Assembly (NCBI RefSeq): GCF_964355755.1 | Contig: NC_092671.1 | Coordinates: forward strand, 23,324,070 to 23,388,069 | DNA from: Antedon mediterranea | Taxonomy: Eukaryota > Animalia > Echinodermata | Direction: 5' to 3' | Length of the DNA: 64,000 nucleotides | Shown here: positions 12,569 to 24,397 of the stretch, one piece after another | How positions within the stretch are numbered: the first letter of the stretch is position 1 | Layout: each line of letters begins with the position of its first letter | The notes under the pieces: model-generated | Databases searched by the model: none | The model's input: only the letters and a program-made list of their open reading frames with translations | What the model was told of the DNA's origin: nothing | Translations under genes and position numbers: made by a program

Positions 12569-14776
12569 CGGATTACGGTCGAAGCGGCCGCCAACCAAAG
12601 CGGCCGCTAGTTCAATAACGGTAATTTGTATGGAACGCCGTGTGCGCTTTGATTGTCGTTGTTTTGTCATTTTTGATTGTCATTGTTTCGATCGTCAGGT
12701 TTTCTTTTCCTCGGACGTAAATAACAACTTACATTATTAATATTATGTAATATATTCTCTTTTTTGACAGATTGAATGTGATACCTTTTTTTAAACGAAA
12801 TGGCGAATCGATGATTACTTACTTTAACTGTTCTAAATGATATAGGCCTATATGTTTAATAAAGTCAATAAAAAACATTGTGGTGTTTTTATTGTATAAT
12901 ATATAATATGCCAATTATTAAGAATAATATATATATTTTTTCAGTAAAATATATCAAATCAAAATATATATATTTGTTATTGTATATTAATATATTAGTA
13001 AAGTAACTACTGTAAGTAGTACGTGTTCGCAAACATAATTTAATTACAATAACATGATGACATCAATCTATTTATTTAATATCCTAAATTGTTTTATACC
13101 TTCAGATATATAAATATTGATCAATTTAAAATTAGTTTTAAATACTAAAATAAGACGCAAGTGCCTGTACGGTACGGTAATTAATTACGTGAATTTCTGC
13201 TAATAACTCGACTGGCGGCCGGCCAGGAATAGTGCTGTAGAAGGTCGCGTTTTCGTCTTCACGTTGCTTCATTGAAAACACAAACAATGTATTACAATGG
13301 AATAACACTTAAATGTATAACACACCCTATTACTAATAATAAAAACCAAGATTCGATAGTACAGTGTAAACGAGATATAAAAATTCGGCAATACCGTACG
13401 TAACTTATTATTGCAATACTGTATAAAGATTCGATGTAAATGAGATATAAAGATTCGGCAATACCGTACGTAAATTAATGCAATACTGTAAAGATTCGAT
13501 GTAAATTAATGAGATATAAATATTCGGCAATACCGTACGTAACTTATTATTGCAATACTGTATAAAGATTCGATGTAAATGAGATATAAAGATTCGGCAA
13601 TACCGTACGTAAATTATTAATGCAATACTGTAAAGATTCGATGTAAATGAGATATAAATATTCGGCAATACCGTACGTAAATTATTATTGCAATACTGTA
13701 TAAAGATTCGATGTAAATGAGATATAAAGATTCGGCAATACCGTACATGAATTATTAATGCAATACTGTATAAAGATTTGATGTAAATTAGATATAAATA
13801 TTCGGCAATACCGTACGTAACTTATTATTGCAATACTGTATAAAGATTCGATGTAAATGAGATATAAAGATTCGGCAATACCGTACGTAAATTAATGCAA
13901 TACTGTAAAGATTCGATGTAAATTAATGAGATATAAATATTCGGCAATACCGTACGTAAATTATTAATGCAATACTGTATAAAGATTCGATAGTATGTAA
14001 ATGAGATATAAATATTCGCCAATACCGTACGTAAATTATTATTGCAATACTGTATAAAGATTTGATGTAAATGAGATATAAAGATTCGGCAATACCGTAC
14101 GTAAATTATTAATGCAGTACTGTATAAAGATTCGATAGTATGTAAATGAGATATAAATATTCGGCAATACCGTACGTAAATTATTAATGCAATACTGTAT
14201 AAAGACTCGATAGTATGTAAATGAGATATAAAGATTCGGCAATACCTTAATAGTACGTAAATTATTATTGCAATACTGTAAAAAGATTCTATGAGATACA
14301 AGGATTCAGCAATACCGTATGTAAATTATTAATGCAATACTGTATAAGGATTCGATAGTAAATGAGATATAAATGTTCGGCAATACCGTACGTAAATTAT
14401 TATTGCAATACTGTATGAAGATTCGATAGTATGTAAATGAGATATAAATATTCGCCAATACCGTACGTAAATTATTAATGATTCGATAATATATAATGTA
14501 AATATATTTAGTTAGTTATTAATATTAAAATACAAATAAAATATACATTAATTTATCCGCAGGCAAACTTAATTATTATAGAAATATAAAGATTCGATAG
14601 TACATGATTTGGCTTATATTTATTGGTTTGACCATACACACAGCTGTAACTCAACTCGCCATAGGCCATGGCGTTGACAACGACAATCAAAGATTAAAGC
14701 GCACATGGCGTTCCATACAAATGACGATATTAAACTGGCGGCCGCTTTGGTTGGCGGCCGCTTCGACCATACTCCG
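12569..14776. mobile_element. Non-autonomous TIR element with 6-bp TSD (possibly hAT-type)
   Basis: ~100-bp imperfect TIRs (cggattacggtcgaagcggccgccaaccaaagcggccgc / gcggccgctttggttggcggccgcttcgaccatactccg); TSD TATGGC at 12563-12568 and 14777-14782. Confidence 0.82.
13350..14490. repeat. Tandem array, ~57-64-bp unit
   Basis: Repeating aaagattcgatgtaaatgagatataaagattcggcaataccgtacgtaaattattaatgcaatactgtat. Confidence 0.95.
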
Positions 14777-15694
14777 TATGGCCTAGGCCAAGTTTCATCC
14801 ATCGCTCTCTCCCCCGCGCGACGACTAACTAGGCCTAGGCCACAATTTATTCAATTCAATATTAAAGTTAAGAACTATAAATACCAACCTTTTGTATATA
14901 AAAATATTGATCATCCATTAGATTTTTCTCGTTTGATTCACATAGAAAAGATTATAGGCCTACATGTACTTCATTATTTTGTACTCTAGCTAGGCATAGG
15001 CCTAGGCCTAAAAGGGCCTTACCTTAGCTAGGCCTAGGCCTACAATCTGAAATAAAGAAAGCGAGTAAGTTTAACAAATAGCCGTCCTAGGCTAGCATGT
15101 GTTTGTATACTATAATACTAATAATAGCATTAGCAGCTACTGTAGAAAGCCTAGCAGAAAGCTAGCTAGGCCTAGGGCCTAGGCCAACTAATTATATATT
15201 GTTATAGGCCTATTTATGTATACTTTTGGATAAATAAAGAAAGTATTGAACTAAAGGCCTAATAGTACATACCATTTTATAACCATAATAAGTACAGTAC
15301 TGTAGTTATCCTTGGCAAGGCAAATGTTTGCCATTGACAGGCATGATACTAAATGCTTCCACTAGGCCTAGTGAGTGAATTCAGTTCATCAGTTTGGCAG
15401 CCTGCCTAGCCTATCTATTATAGCCTAGCTAGCTATGCATGTGAGTGTGGCCTACTAGACTAGAGGCTAGCTATTGATAAGGGTAAAATAGTCAAGCTTA
15501 TAAATTAGTAGATTACAAATAAAAAAGATTGTTTTCCTACCTGAAAACATACTTATTTGACAATTTCAATGATGAGCCTTTTTTTTTCTACACACCACTA
15601 CTACTGTAGGCCTAGCCTACGTCGAAGTAACTGAAATTACTGACACCAGTTTCAAAATTTTATCAAAACGAAACTAACCAATGACAAGCTCGTA

Positions 15695-18600
15695 TAGTAG
15701 AGCAGTTAATGACATGAGCTGTGCATTTTATTACCAAAGCATAAAACTTGGCACAAAGTTTCTTTGATGTATATAGATTCAAAATATCGGGGGGTGCCAA
15801 GTGTCCAACGTCCGGTATGGCGGCCATCTTGATTTCAAAATGGCCACCATAAAAACAAAAAATGTTCATATCTTGGCAACTATACACATTAGAGACTTAA
15901 TTCTGGTCTCAAATTGTTCACAAACTATATATTTCTATTTGCTCTAATGAAAAGTTTCGTCCAAAAATGACCGGAAATGACGTTTCTTACAGTTTGACCT
16001 TTGACCTCGTATTTGTATATCTCTGTAACTACTGGTCATTTTCAATCGATTTTGGTGTCATTTTGTTCAGAATAAATACATTTATATTTGTAGTAATGAA
16101 ACATTTTCACATAAAATGACCGGAAATACAATTTATGACCTTTGACATTAATTTATTGATTTTTAATTATGTGAAGTAAGTAAATAAGTAATATTTATTG
16201 CTTTCCAAATACAGTACAAATATATAAAACAGTATAATGTAAATGAAATAAAAAGAGAAACATTAAATATAAAAATACAAGACTAGACAAGAAAATAAGC
16301 ATGGAAAGCAGGGGATGGCCCTTTAAGCCCAGAGGCTTGTTTCGAAAGGGGTCCCCAACATAATAAAACAATATTACAATAATTATACAAAAATATGGAT
16401 CTATTATTATTTATTTTATTTTTTTTATTTTATACAGTATTACAAATTAATTTAATTACATGTTAGATTTATGCCGTAGGCTGTAGGTGGTTTTTGTTGG
16501 TCTAAAGTGCACCTAATTTTGAACTTTAACCTGATAGGCGTAATTATATTAAATGATTAATGGACTTAAATTGTATATAGTACATAAAATTGGTAAACAT
16601 TGTGCTTGGTGGTACCATTAGTTCAATGATGTTGGCACCTTCTGATTCGCTAAAAGTTTTAATAGTTTGACAGAGGAAATAACATACATGTTATTGAATA
16701 CCGTAAAACCTCGAAAAGGTGATAGTATGAGCTTCTTTTCGAGACAGACTGTATTTGATTGTCAAATGAATATAGTATGATGATCGTGTTTATATCAATA
16801 TATTATTAATGACCTTACAAAGAACCCTTTCTATTTCAACAATTAAGCCATAGTTATTCTACAATTTATTGTTTTCCAAGTGGTAGGCCTATTTTGATTG
16901 CATCTTATTTTTGTATGCTTCCTCGGTTAATATGGTCCTAACCCTCCTTCTTTGTCTGTAGATGATCTTATACCCCATTCTTTGTCTGTGGATGGTCTTT
17001 ACCCGCTTCTGTGTCTGTTGATGGTATTATTACACCCCTTTCTTTATGTGTGGATGGTCTTACACCCATTTCTTTGTCTGTAGATGGTCTTACACCCCTT
17101 CTTTGTCTGTGGATGGTCCTACACTCCCTTCTTTGTCTGTGGATGGTCCTACACCCCTTCTTTTTCTGTGGATGGTCCTACACCCCCTTCTTTGTCTGTG
17201 GATAGTCTTATGCACCCTTCTTTGTCTGTGGATGGTCTTACACCCCTTTCTTTGTCTGTGGACGGTCTTATATCCCTTTCTTTGTCTGTGGATGGTCTTA
17301 TACCCCCTTCTGTGTCTGTTGATGGTATTACACCCCTTTCTTTGTCTGTTGATTGTATTAAACACATTTCTTTGTGTGTGGATGGTCTTACACCCCCTTC
17401 TTTGTATGTGGATGGTCTTACACCCTTTCTTTGTCTGTGGATGGTCTTCTCCCCTTCTTTGTCTGTGGATGGTCTTACACCCTTTCTTTGTCTGTGGGTG
17501 GTCTTACATCCCCTTCTTTGTCTGTGGATGGTCCGATGGTCCTACACCTCCTTTTTTGTCTGTGAATGGTCTTATACCCTTCTTTGTCTGTAAGTGGTCC
17601 TATACCCCTTTATTTGTCAGTGGACGGTTCTACACCCCCTTCTTTGTCTGTGGATGGTCTTACACCCCTTTCTTTTTCTGTGGACGGTCTTATACCCCCT
17701 TCTGTGCCTGTGGGTGATCTTATACCCCCTTCTTTGTCTGTTGATGGTATTACACCCCTTTCTTTGTCCGTTGATGGTATTACACCCCTTTTTTGTATGT
17801 GGATGGTCTTATACACCCCTTTGTGTATGGATGGTCTTGCACTCCTTTAATTTGTCTGTGGATGGTCTTATTTCTTTGTCTGTGGATGGTCTTATATCCC
17901 CTTCTTTGTCTGTGGATGGTCTTATATCCCCTTCTTTGTCTGTGGATGGTCTTCTCCCCTTCTTTGTCTGTGGATGGTCCTACACCCCCTTCTTTGTCTG
18001 TGGATGGTCCTACACCCCTTATTTGTCTGGGGATGGTCTTATACCCTCTTCTTTGTCTGTAAGTGGTCCTATACCCCTTTCTTTGTCAGTGGATGGTCTT
18101 GCACCCCCTTCTTTGTCTGTGGACGGTCCTACGCCCCCTTCTTTGTCTGTGGATGGTCCTATACCCCTTTTTTTGTCAGTGGATGGTCTTATACCCCCTT
18201 CTTTGTCTGTGGACGGTCCTACATCCCCTTCTTTGTCTGTAGATGGCCTTACACCCCTTTCTTTGTCTGTGGATGGTCTTATACCTCCTTCTTTGTGTGT
18301 GGATGGTCTTACACCCCCTTCTTTGTCTGTGGATGGTCTTACACCCCCTTTTTTGTCTATGGATGGTCTTATACCCTCTTCTTTGTATGTGGATGGTCTT
18401 ACACCCCCTTTTTTGTCTGTGGATGGTCTTATACCCTCTTCTTTGTCTGTGGATGGTCTTACACCCCCTTCTTTGTCTGGACCCACTACTTTGATTGATT
18501 AAATTAGACATTGTTTCTTGTATGATTAGGAAACCAAGACCTTTAAAGTGAAAGTCCACAGGTGGATGCCTAAACAGGTCTTGTACAGAACAGTATATTG

Positions 18601-19447
18601 TAGGTCCATGTCACTAATTTGAGGATTACTTGAATAATTATATTGAGATGTCTTTTACGAATTGATTTAGTTCGGATTTTGCTAAAAAATCAATGACTAG
18701 AGAAAATCGAGGAAAAGGATTCAGATGAAAGGTTTACAGCAAAGGCCCATTACCATAAAAATGGAGTACATTTTTTTAGATGCAACGAAAAAACGATTGA
18801 CACATCACAGTTTAGCAAACATGTCGGCATAGATGAGCTCAGTGATCTGTCATACTTTATGCCTATCCTATCACATCAAAAGTTAAAAATTCAGAATAAT
18901 AATTCCGTGTCATTTATTTCGGTAACAAAATTAGGTGCATTTATACCAATTTAACCACATACAGTATGTTCACATAATTATATATGTCAAAGGTTATAAA
19001 TTGTATTTCCAGTCATTTTATGTGAAAATGTTTCATTACTACAAATATAAATGTCTTTATTCTGAACAAAATGACACCAAAATCGATTGAAAATGATCAG
19101 TAGTTACTGAGATATACAGATAAGAGGTCAAAGGTCAAACTGGAAGAAACGTCATTTCCGGTCATTTTTGGACGAAACTTTTCATTAGAGCAAATAGAAA
19201 TATGTGGTTTGTGAACAATTTAACACCAGAATCAAGTCTCTACTGTTTATAGTTGCCAAGATATGAACACTTTTTGTTTTTATGGTGGCCATTTTGAAAT
19301 CAAGATGGCCGCCATACCGGACGTTGGACACTTGGCACCCCCCGATATTTTGAATCTATATACATCAAAGAAACTTTGTGGAAAGTTTCATGCTTTGGTA
19401 ATAAAGTGCACAACTTGGCTATTTTTATGGCGTTAACTGCTCTACTA
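15695..19447. mobile_element. Non-autonomous Academ-like element with ~460-bp TIRs
   Basis: TAGTAGAGCAGTTAA...TTAACTGCTCTACTA, 3-bp TSD GTA; arms 15695-16150 and 18985-19447 are reverse complements. Confidence 0.85.
16940..18482. repeat. 30-bp minisatellite
   Basis: About 50 copies of cttctttgtctgtggatggtcttacacccc. Confidence 0.96.
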
Positions 19448-19849
19448 GTAGGCCTATCTATTCTTATGAAATTTGATCTTGCATGAAAGGATCATTCAAG
19501 TTTCAACACAACTTCTAGAACATTTTTGTATTATACAGAGACAATAATATTTGCCAATCTAAAATTCCTAAATAACCAATAATCATTTGTTTTACAATAA
19601 AGGATGATAAAATAAACCGCCAACTGAAATCTAATGTTAATTTAACGTTGAAACATCAATGGCAACGCACTTAAACACATATTATTTAATATTAAACGTT
19701 AAAAACATGTCATTTTAACCAAAGTATTAAATAGAATTTATCTTTAATTTAACGTTTAATTAACATTGAAAAACAAAAATAATAATTGTTTGAAAAAACA
19801 ACATAATTTCAAGAGTTTTTCAACGTTGAAAACATGTCATTTGAAAATG

Positions 19850-21440
19850 ACAATTGGATTTCAACGTTAAAATAACGTTGGAATAACATTGAAAAACAAA
19901 AATAATAATTGTTTGAAAAAAATTACTAGTTAGAAATACAATGTTATTTCAACGTTGGATCAACATTGATAAATTAACGTAAATTACTAGTTAGAAAGAC
20001 AATGTTATTTCAACGTTGGAGCACCATTGATAAATTAACGTAAATTTCTTGTTAAAAATACAATGTTATTTCAACGTTGGACCAACATTGATAAATTAAC
20101 GTAAATTACTAGTTAGAAATACAATGTTATTTCAACGTTGGATCAACATTGATAAATTAACGTAAATTTCTAGTTAAAAATACAATGTTATTGCAACGTT
20201 GGATCAACATTGATAAATTAACGTAAATTTCTTGTTAAAAATACAATGTTATTTCAACGTTGGATCAACATTGATAAATTAACGTAAATTTTTAGATATA
20301 AAGACAATGTTATTTCAACGTTGTATAAACATTGATAAATTAACGTAAATTATTAGTTAAAAATACAATGTTATTTCAACGTTGGATCAACATTGATAAA
20401 TTAACGTAAATTACTAGTTAGAAAGACAATTTTATTTCAACGTTGGATCAACCTTAATAAATTAACGTAAATTTCTAGTTAAAAATACAATGTTATTTCA
20501 ACGTTGGATCAACATTAATAAATTAACGTAAATTTCTAGTTAAAAATACAATGTTATTTCAACGTTGGATCAACATTAATAAATTAACGTAAATTTCTAG
20601 TTAAAAATACAATGTTATTTCAACGTTGGATCAACATTGATAAATTAACGTAAATTACTAGTTAAAAATACAATGTTATTTCAACGTTGGATCAACATTG
20701 ATAAATTAACGTAAATTACTAGTTAAAAATACAATGTTATTTCAACGTTGGATCAACATTGATAAATTAACGTAAATTTCTAGTTAAAAATACAATGTGA
20801 TTTTAACGTTGGATCAACATTGATAAATTAACGTAAATTACTAGTTAAAAATACAATGTTATTTCAACGTTGGATCAACATTTATAAATTAACGTAAATT
20901 TCTAGTTAGAAAGACAATGTTATTTCAACGTTAACTCAACATTGATAAATTAACGTAAATTACTAGTTAGAAAGACAATGTTATTTCAACGTTGGATCAA
21001 CATTAATAAATTAACGTAAATTTCTAGTTAAAAATACAATGTTATTTCAACGTTGGATCAACATTGATAAATTAACGTAAATTACTAGTTAAAAATACAA
21101 TGTTATTTCAACGTTGGATCAACATTGATAAATTAACGTAAATTACTAGTTAAAAATACAATGTTATTTCAACGTTGGATCAACATTAATAAATTAACGT
21201 AAATTTCTAGTTAAAAATACAATGTTATTTCAACGTTTGATTAACATTGATAAATGAACATAAACATTCTATTGAAAAGAAAATGTTATTTCAACGTTGA
21301 TTCAATGTTTATTAATAAACGTAAAAAATATAGTTAGGGAAAAAATGTTATTTCAACGTTGATTCAACGTTTGAAATACGCTGACAACATGATTTCAACA
21401 AATCAACTATATTTCAACGTTGATTCAACGTTGAAATTAT
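19850..21440. repeat. Right subterminal array of the CACTA-like element (60-bp unit)
   Basis: Over 20 copies of aatacaatgttatttcaacgttggatcaacattgataaattaacgtaaattactagttaaa. Confidence 0.95.
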
Positions 21441-21457
21441 GTTCTGTGCCCACTGGG

Positions 21458-24262
21458 GATGGTTTGGGTGGTGTTTTGTTACAAGATCATCATGGCAAAC
21501 TTCGTCCTGTAGCGTATGGTAGCCGAGGCTTATCCCATAGCGAGAAGAACTACCCCGCCCATAAGCTTGAATTTCTGGCTTTAAAGTGGGCTGTTACTGA
21601 TAAGTTCAGAGACTATTTATACATGGCTCGTGGTACGCAAGTAATGACCGACAACAACCCTCTCACTTATGTACTTTCTTCTGCTAAGCTAGATGCCACT
21701 GGCCATCGTTGGTTAGCAGCTCTATCTACTTTCGACTTTTCTATTCATTATAAGCCGGGTAGAATGAAAATTGACGCCGATGCTCTGTCCCGCAGACCTC
21801 ATGACACCAAACTCAACCGACAGTATGAAGAACAACAGCAAGACAAACTCTGTAATCTTGAGGCTAGGTTAAAAGGTAAAGCGGTGAGTCATGACAACAT
21901 CTGTTCTCGTGATATGGTGAGCGCCCTTTTCCTACAATATGGTGTATCCATCAACACTCGATCTGTCAATTCATCCGACACTATTCCACTTATATATTCT
22001 TTATCAGTTAGCGCAAATTCTATACCAGATAGATATGGAGCAGGTTCCAACGTTGAAATACCTGATTTGACGAACATACAGCAGAAAGATCCAATCATCA
22101 ACCAAGTCATAAATTACGTTAAAATGGGTAAGAATCCAGACTCCTTGATAGGTTTACCCGATGAAGTCAGACTTATACTCAGAGAGTTTGGAAAGCTTGA
22201 ACTTCGTAATGATATTTTATACAGATGTATAACCAATCCACTTGGAAACAAATGCTTCCAGCTTGTGTTTCCCATCCAGCATAGGGTTCCAGCTATAAAG
22301 GGACTTCACAACGAATTAGGTCATCTTGGTATTGAGCGAACGCTGGCATTGGCAAGAGACAGGTTTTACTGGCCCCGAATGAGTGCAGACATTGAAAGCT
22401 GGATTAGACATTGTGGTAAGTGCGTAGCCAGGAAAACACCTCAGAAGCTCGCAGCACCCTTAGTCAATATCAAAACCAATGGTCCATTAGAATTAGTTTG
22501 TATGGACTTTCTGTCCTTAGAAGCAGACCGCAGCAACAAGAAATCTGTCCGAGTGGTAACTGATCATTATACCAGGTATGCACAGGCCTTCCCCACAAAA
22601 GATCAAACAGCTCGCACAGTGGCCAAGGTTTTGTGGGAGAATTTTTTTGTACATTATGGTTTACCTAAGCGCCTTCACTCTGATCAGGGACGTGATTTTG
22701 AAAGCAAAGTGGTGAAGGAGTTAACTGTTCTGCTTGGCATCGAGAAATCTCGCACTACCCCCTATCACCCTCAGGGAGACCCTCAACCTGAACGCTTCAA
22801 TCGAACTTTAATGAATATGTTAGGCACACTCGAAGGCGAGAAGAAGGAAAGCTGGAGTCGCTATATCAGTGCTTTGGTTCATGCTTACAACTGTACGAAG
22901 CATGACAGTACAGGTTTCTCACCTTATTTTCTGATGTTCGGACGAGAGGCGAGACTTCCTTTTGACTTATTACGGTTTGGAAATAGCCCAGATGGATTTG
23001 GTAACGCTGACCACATAAAGTACGTCAAAGATTTGAGAGACCAACTATCGCTTGCCTATCAAATGGCATCTGAAGAGGCAGCGAAGTCAGCACGCAAGAA
23101 CAAAGTTCGACATGATTTGAAAGTACGAGTCAATGATCTTCATCCAGGTGATCGAGTGTTGATTCGAAATCTGGGACTACATGGTAAACACAAACTCGCT
23201 GACCAGTGGGACTCCACAGTGCACATCGTCACACACAGAATAATCGAAGATATGCCCGTTTACCGTGTGAAGCCAGAATCAAATAGTGGTCGAGTACGAA
23301 CACTACATCGAAACATACTTCTGCCCATCGACTATTTGAACGAAGAAGATCCACCAGCAAAACCTAATAAACAGAAGATAAACCGCCCTATTACGCGGTC
23401 TAAGGCAAAAGTTCATGTCGCTGAGAGCGAGCATGATGACAGCGGTGAATCCAGTGAGGAGGAGGTTACAGTGCTAGTCCCATTAGACTTCCCAGTTACA
23501 CTCCCTGTAGAAAGGTCTACAGTTTCTTCTATTTCACCCCATTTTCCGCTGAATGTAGATGCCCAAGAGTTTGTCCCTGAAACTACTCCTGCTATATCTC
23601 ATATTAGTGCTGGAAATGTTTCCACTGATAGTAGTCCTGTAAATGCGTCCTTTGACGAGAGCATCGAGTCTGTAGTCACGCCAGTTTTTGTGAGTAAGGA
23701 ATATGTTAAAGAAGCAAGTGAAGTTGCAACAGATGTAGAGCCAGCTGTAGTTGACTCCCCAGTATCATCTGTACCCAGTCCTAAACTTTCTTTCACTATC
23801 CTTGATTCTCCTGTGGCTTGTGCTGAACCTCTACTCATCCCGCAATCTTGTTCTGAACCTCTACTCATCCCGCAATCTTGTTTAGATTCCGCATCATCCC
23901 TCCAACCTTGTCCTGAGCCTGTGTCTGTTTCTCAACTTTGTTTTGGAGATACCGAGATTCTTCCAAGTCCCATTATTGATTTACCTAATGATACTCCTAT
24001 TATTGAACCTGTTATTGAACCTATTGTTGAACCTACCATTACTGAACTTTCAGAGTCTGTTGAACCCATCCCTGTTATCGATTCTACTGGTAACACACCT
24101 GTTATGTCTCCACCCTCAGATACAAATTTTGTACGCCGATCAACGAGAGTCTCAAGACCACCCGAACGGTTAGGTTTCGACTCCCTCACTAAACCAGTCT
24201 TTAGTAGGCCAGTCAGAGTTGGCACATTTGCTGAGTTAAGACGCAAAGTGTTTGGATACTAA
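21458..24262 (+). CDS. pol: Gypsy pol 3' part: RNase H, HHCC + DDE integrase, acidic Pro/Ser-rich tail (uninterrupted frame)
   Basis: DGLGGVLLQ, NYPAHKLEFLALKWA, TDNNPL; HNELGH..CGKC; MDFL, HSDQG, PERFN; C-terminal RRSTRVSRPPERL. Confidence 0.93.
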   Translation, partial: DGLGGVLLQDHHGKLRPVAYGSRGLSHSEKNYPAHKLEFLALKWAVTDKFRDYLYMARGTQVMTDNNPLTYVLSSAKLDATGHRWLAALSTFDFSIHYKPGRMKIDADALSRRPHDTKLNRQYEEQQQDKLCNLEARLKGKAVSHDNICSRDMVSALFLQYGVSINTRSVNSSDTIPLIYSLSVSANSIPDRYGAGSNVEIPDLTNIQQKDPIINQVINYVKMGKNPDSLIGLPDEVRLILREFGKLELRNDILYRCITNPLGNKCFQLVFPIQHRVPAIKGLHNELGHLGIERTLALARDRFYWPRMSADIESWIRHCGKCVARKTPQKLAAPLVNIKTNGPLELVCMDFLSLEADRSNKKSVRVVTDHYTRYAQAFPTKDQTARTVAKVLWENFFVHYGLPKRLHSDQGRDFESKVVKELTVLLGIEKSRTTPYHPQGDPQPERFNRTLMNMLGTLEGEKKESWSRYISALVHAYNCTKHDSTGFSPYFLMFGREARLPFDLLRFGNSPDGFGNADHIKYVKDLRDQLSLAYQMASEEAAKSARKNKVRHDLKVRVNDLHPGDRVLIRNLGLHGKHKLADQWDSTVHIVTHRIIEDMPVYRVKPESNSGRVRTLHRNILLPIDYLNEEDPPAKPNKQKINRPITRSKAKVHVAESEHDDSGESSEEEVTVLVPLDFPVTLPVERSTVSSISPHFPLNVDAQEFVPETTPAISHISAGNVSTDSSPVNASFDESIESVVTPVFVSKEYVKEASEVATDVEPAVVDSPVSSVPSPKLSFTILDSPVACAEPLLIPQSCSEPLLIPQSCLDSASSLQPCPEPVSVSQLCFGDTEILPSPIIDLPNDTPIIEPVIEPIVEPTITELSESVEPIPVIDSTGNTPVMSPPSDTNFVRRSTRVSRPPERLGFDSLTKPVFSRPVRVGTFAELRRKVFGY

Positions 24263-24383
24263 GTCCACTTAAATTTTTACGTTTCTCTCTATTTTAGAAT
24301 TATATTTTCCAAGTTTTGACTTTTCATGCTTTTTTATTTCTTGTTTTGATATTTTGTGTTATTGCTCCCGGAGGTAGCAATTT

Positions 24384-24397
24384 AAGTAAGGGGAGTA
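24384..24397 (+). other. Polypurine tract
   Basis: aagtaaggggagta immediately before the TG of the 3' LTR. Confidence 0.85.

Larger units (their letters stand above)
9262..21457. mobile_element. Non-autonomous CACTA/EnSpm-like DNA transposon (12.2 kb) inserted in Gypsy RNase H
   Basis: TIR CCCAGTGGGCA...TGCCCACTGGG, 2-bp TSD GA; removal restores DASR-DGLG; long CAACGTTG-rich subterminal arrays at both ends; no transposase seen. Confidence 0.88.

Noticed and set aside
17011-18559. ORFs with SLSVDGLTPP repeats
   Set aside because: 30-bp minisatellite inside a non-autonomous element; no unique coding flanks.
19850-21440. CRISPR-like regular repeats (also 9285-10310, 13350-14490)
   Set aside because: Pure tandem units with no unique spacers, no cas genes, eukaryotic context.
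23350-24262. env-like gene after integrase
   Set aside because: Same frame as pol, low-complexity acidic tail, no signal peptide or transmembrane segment.
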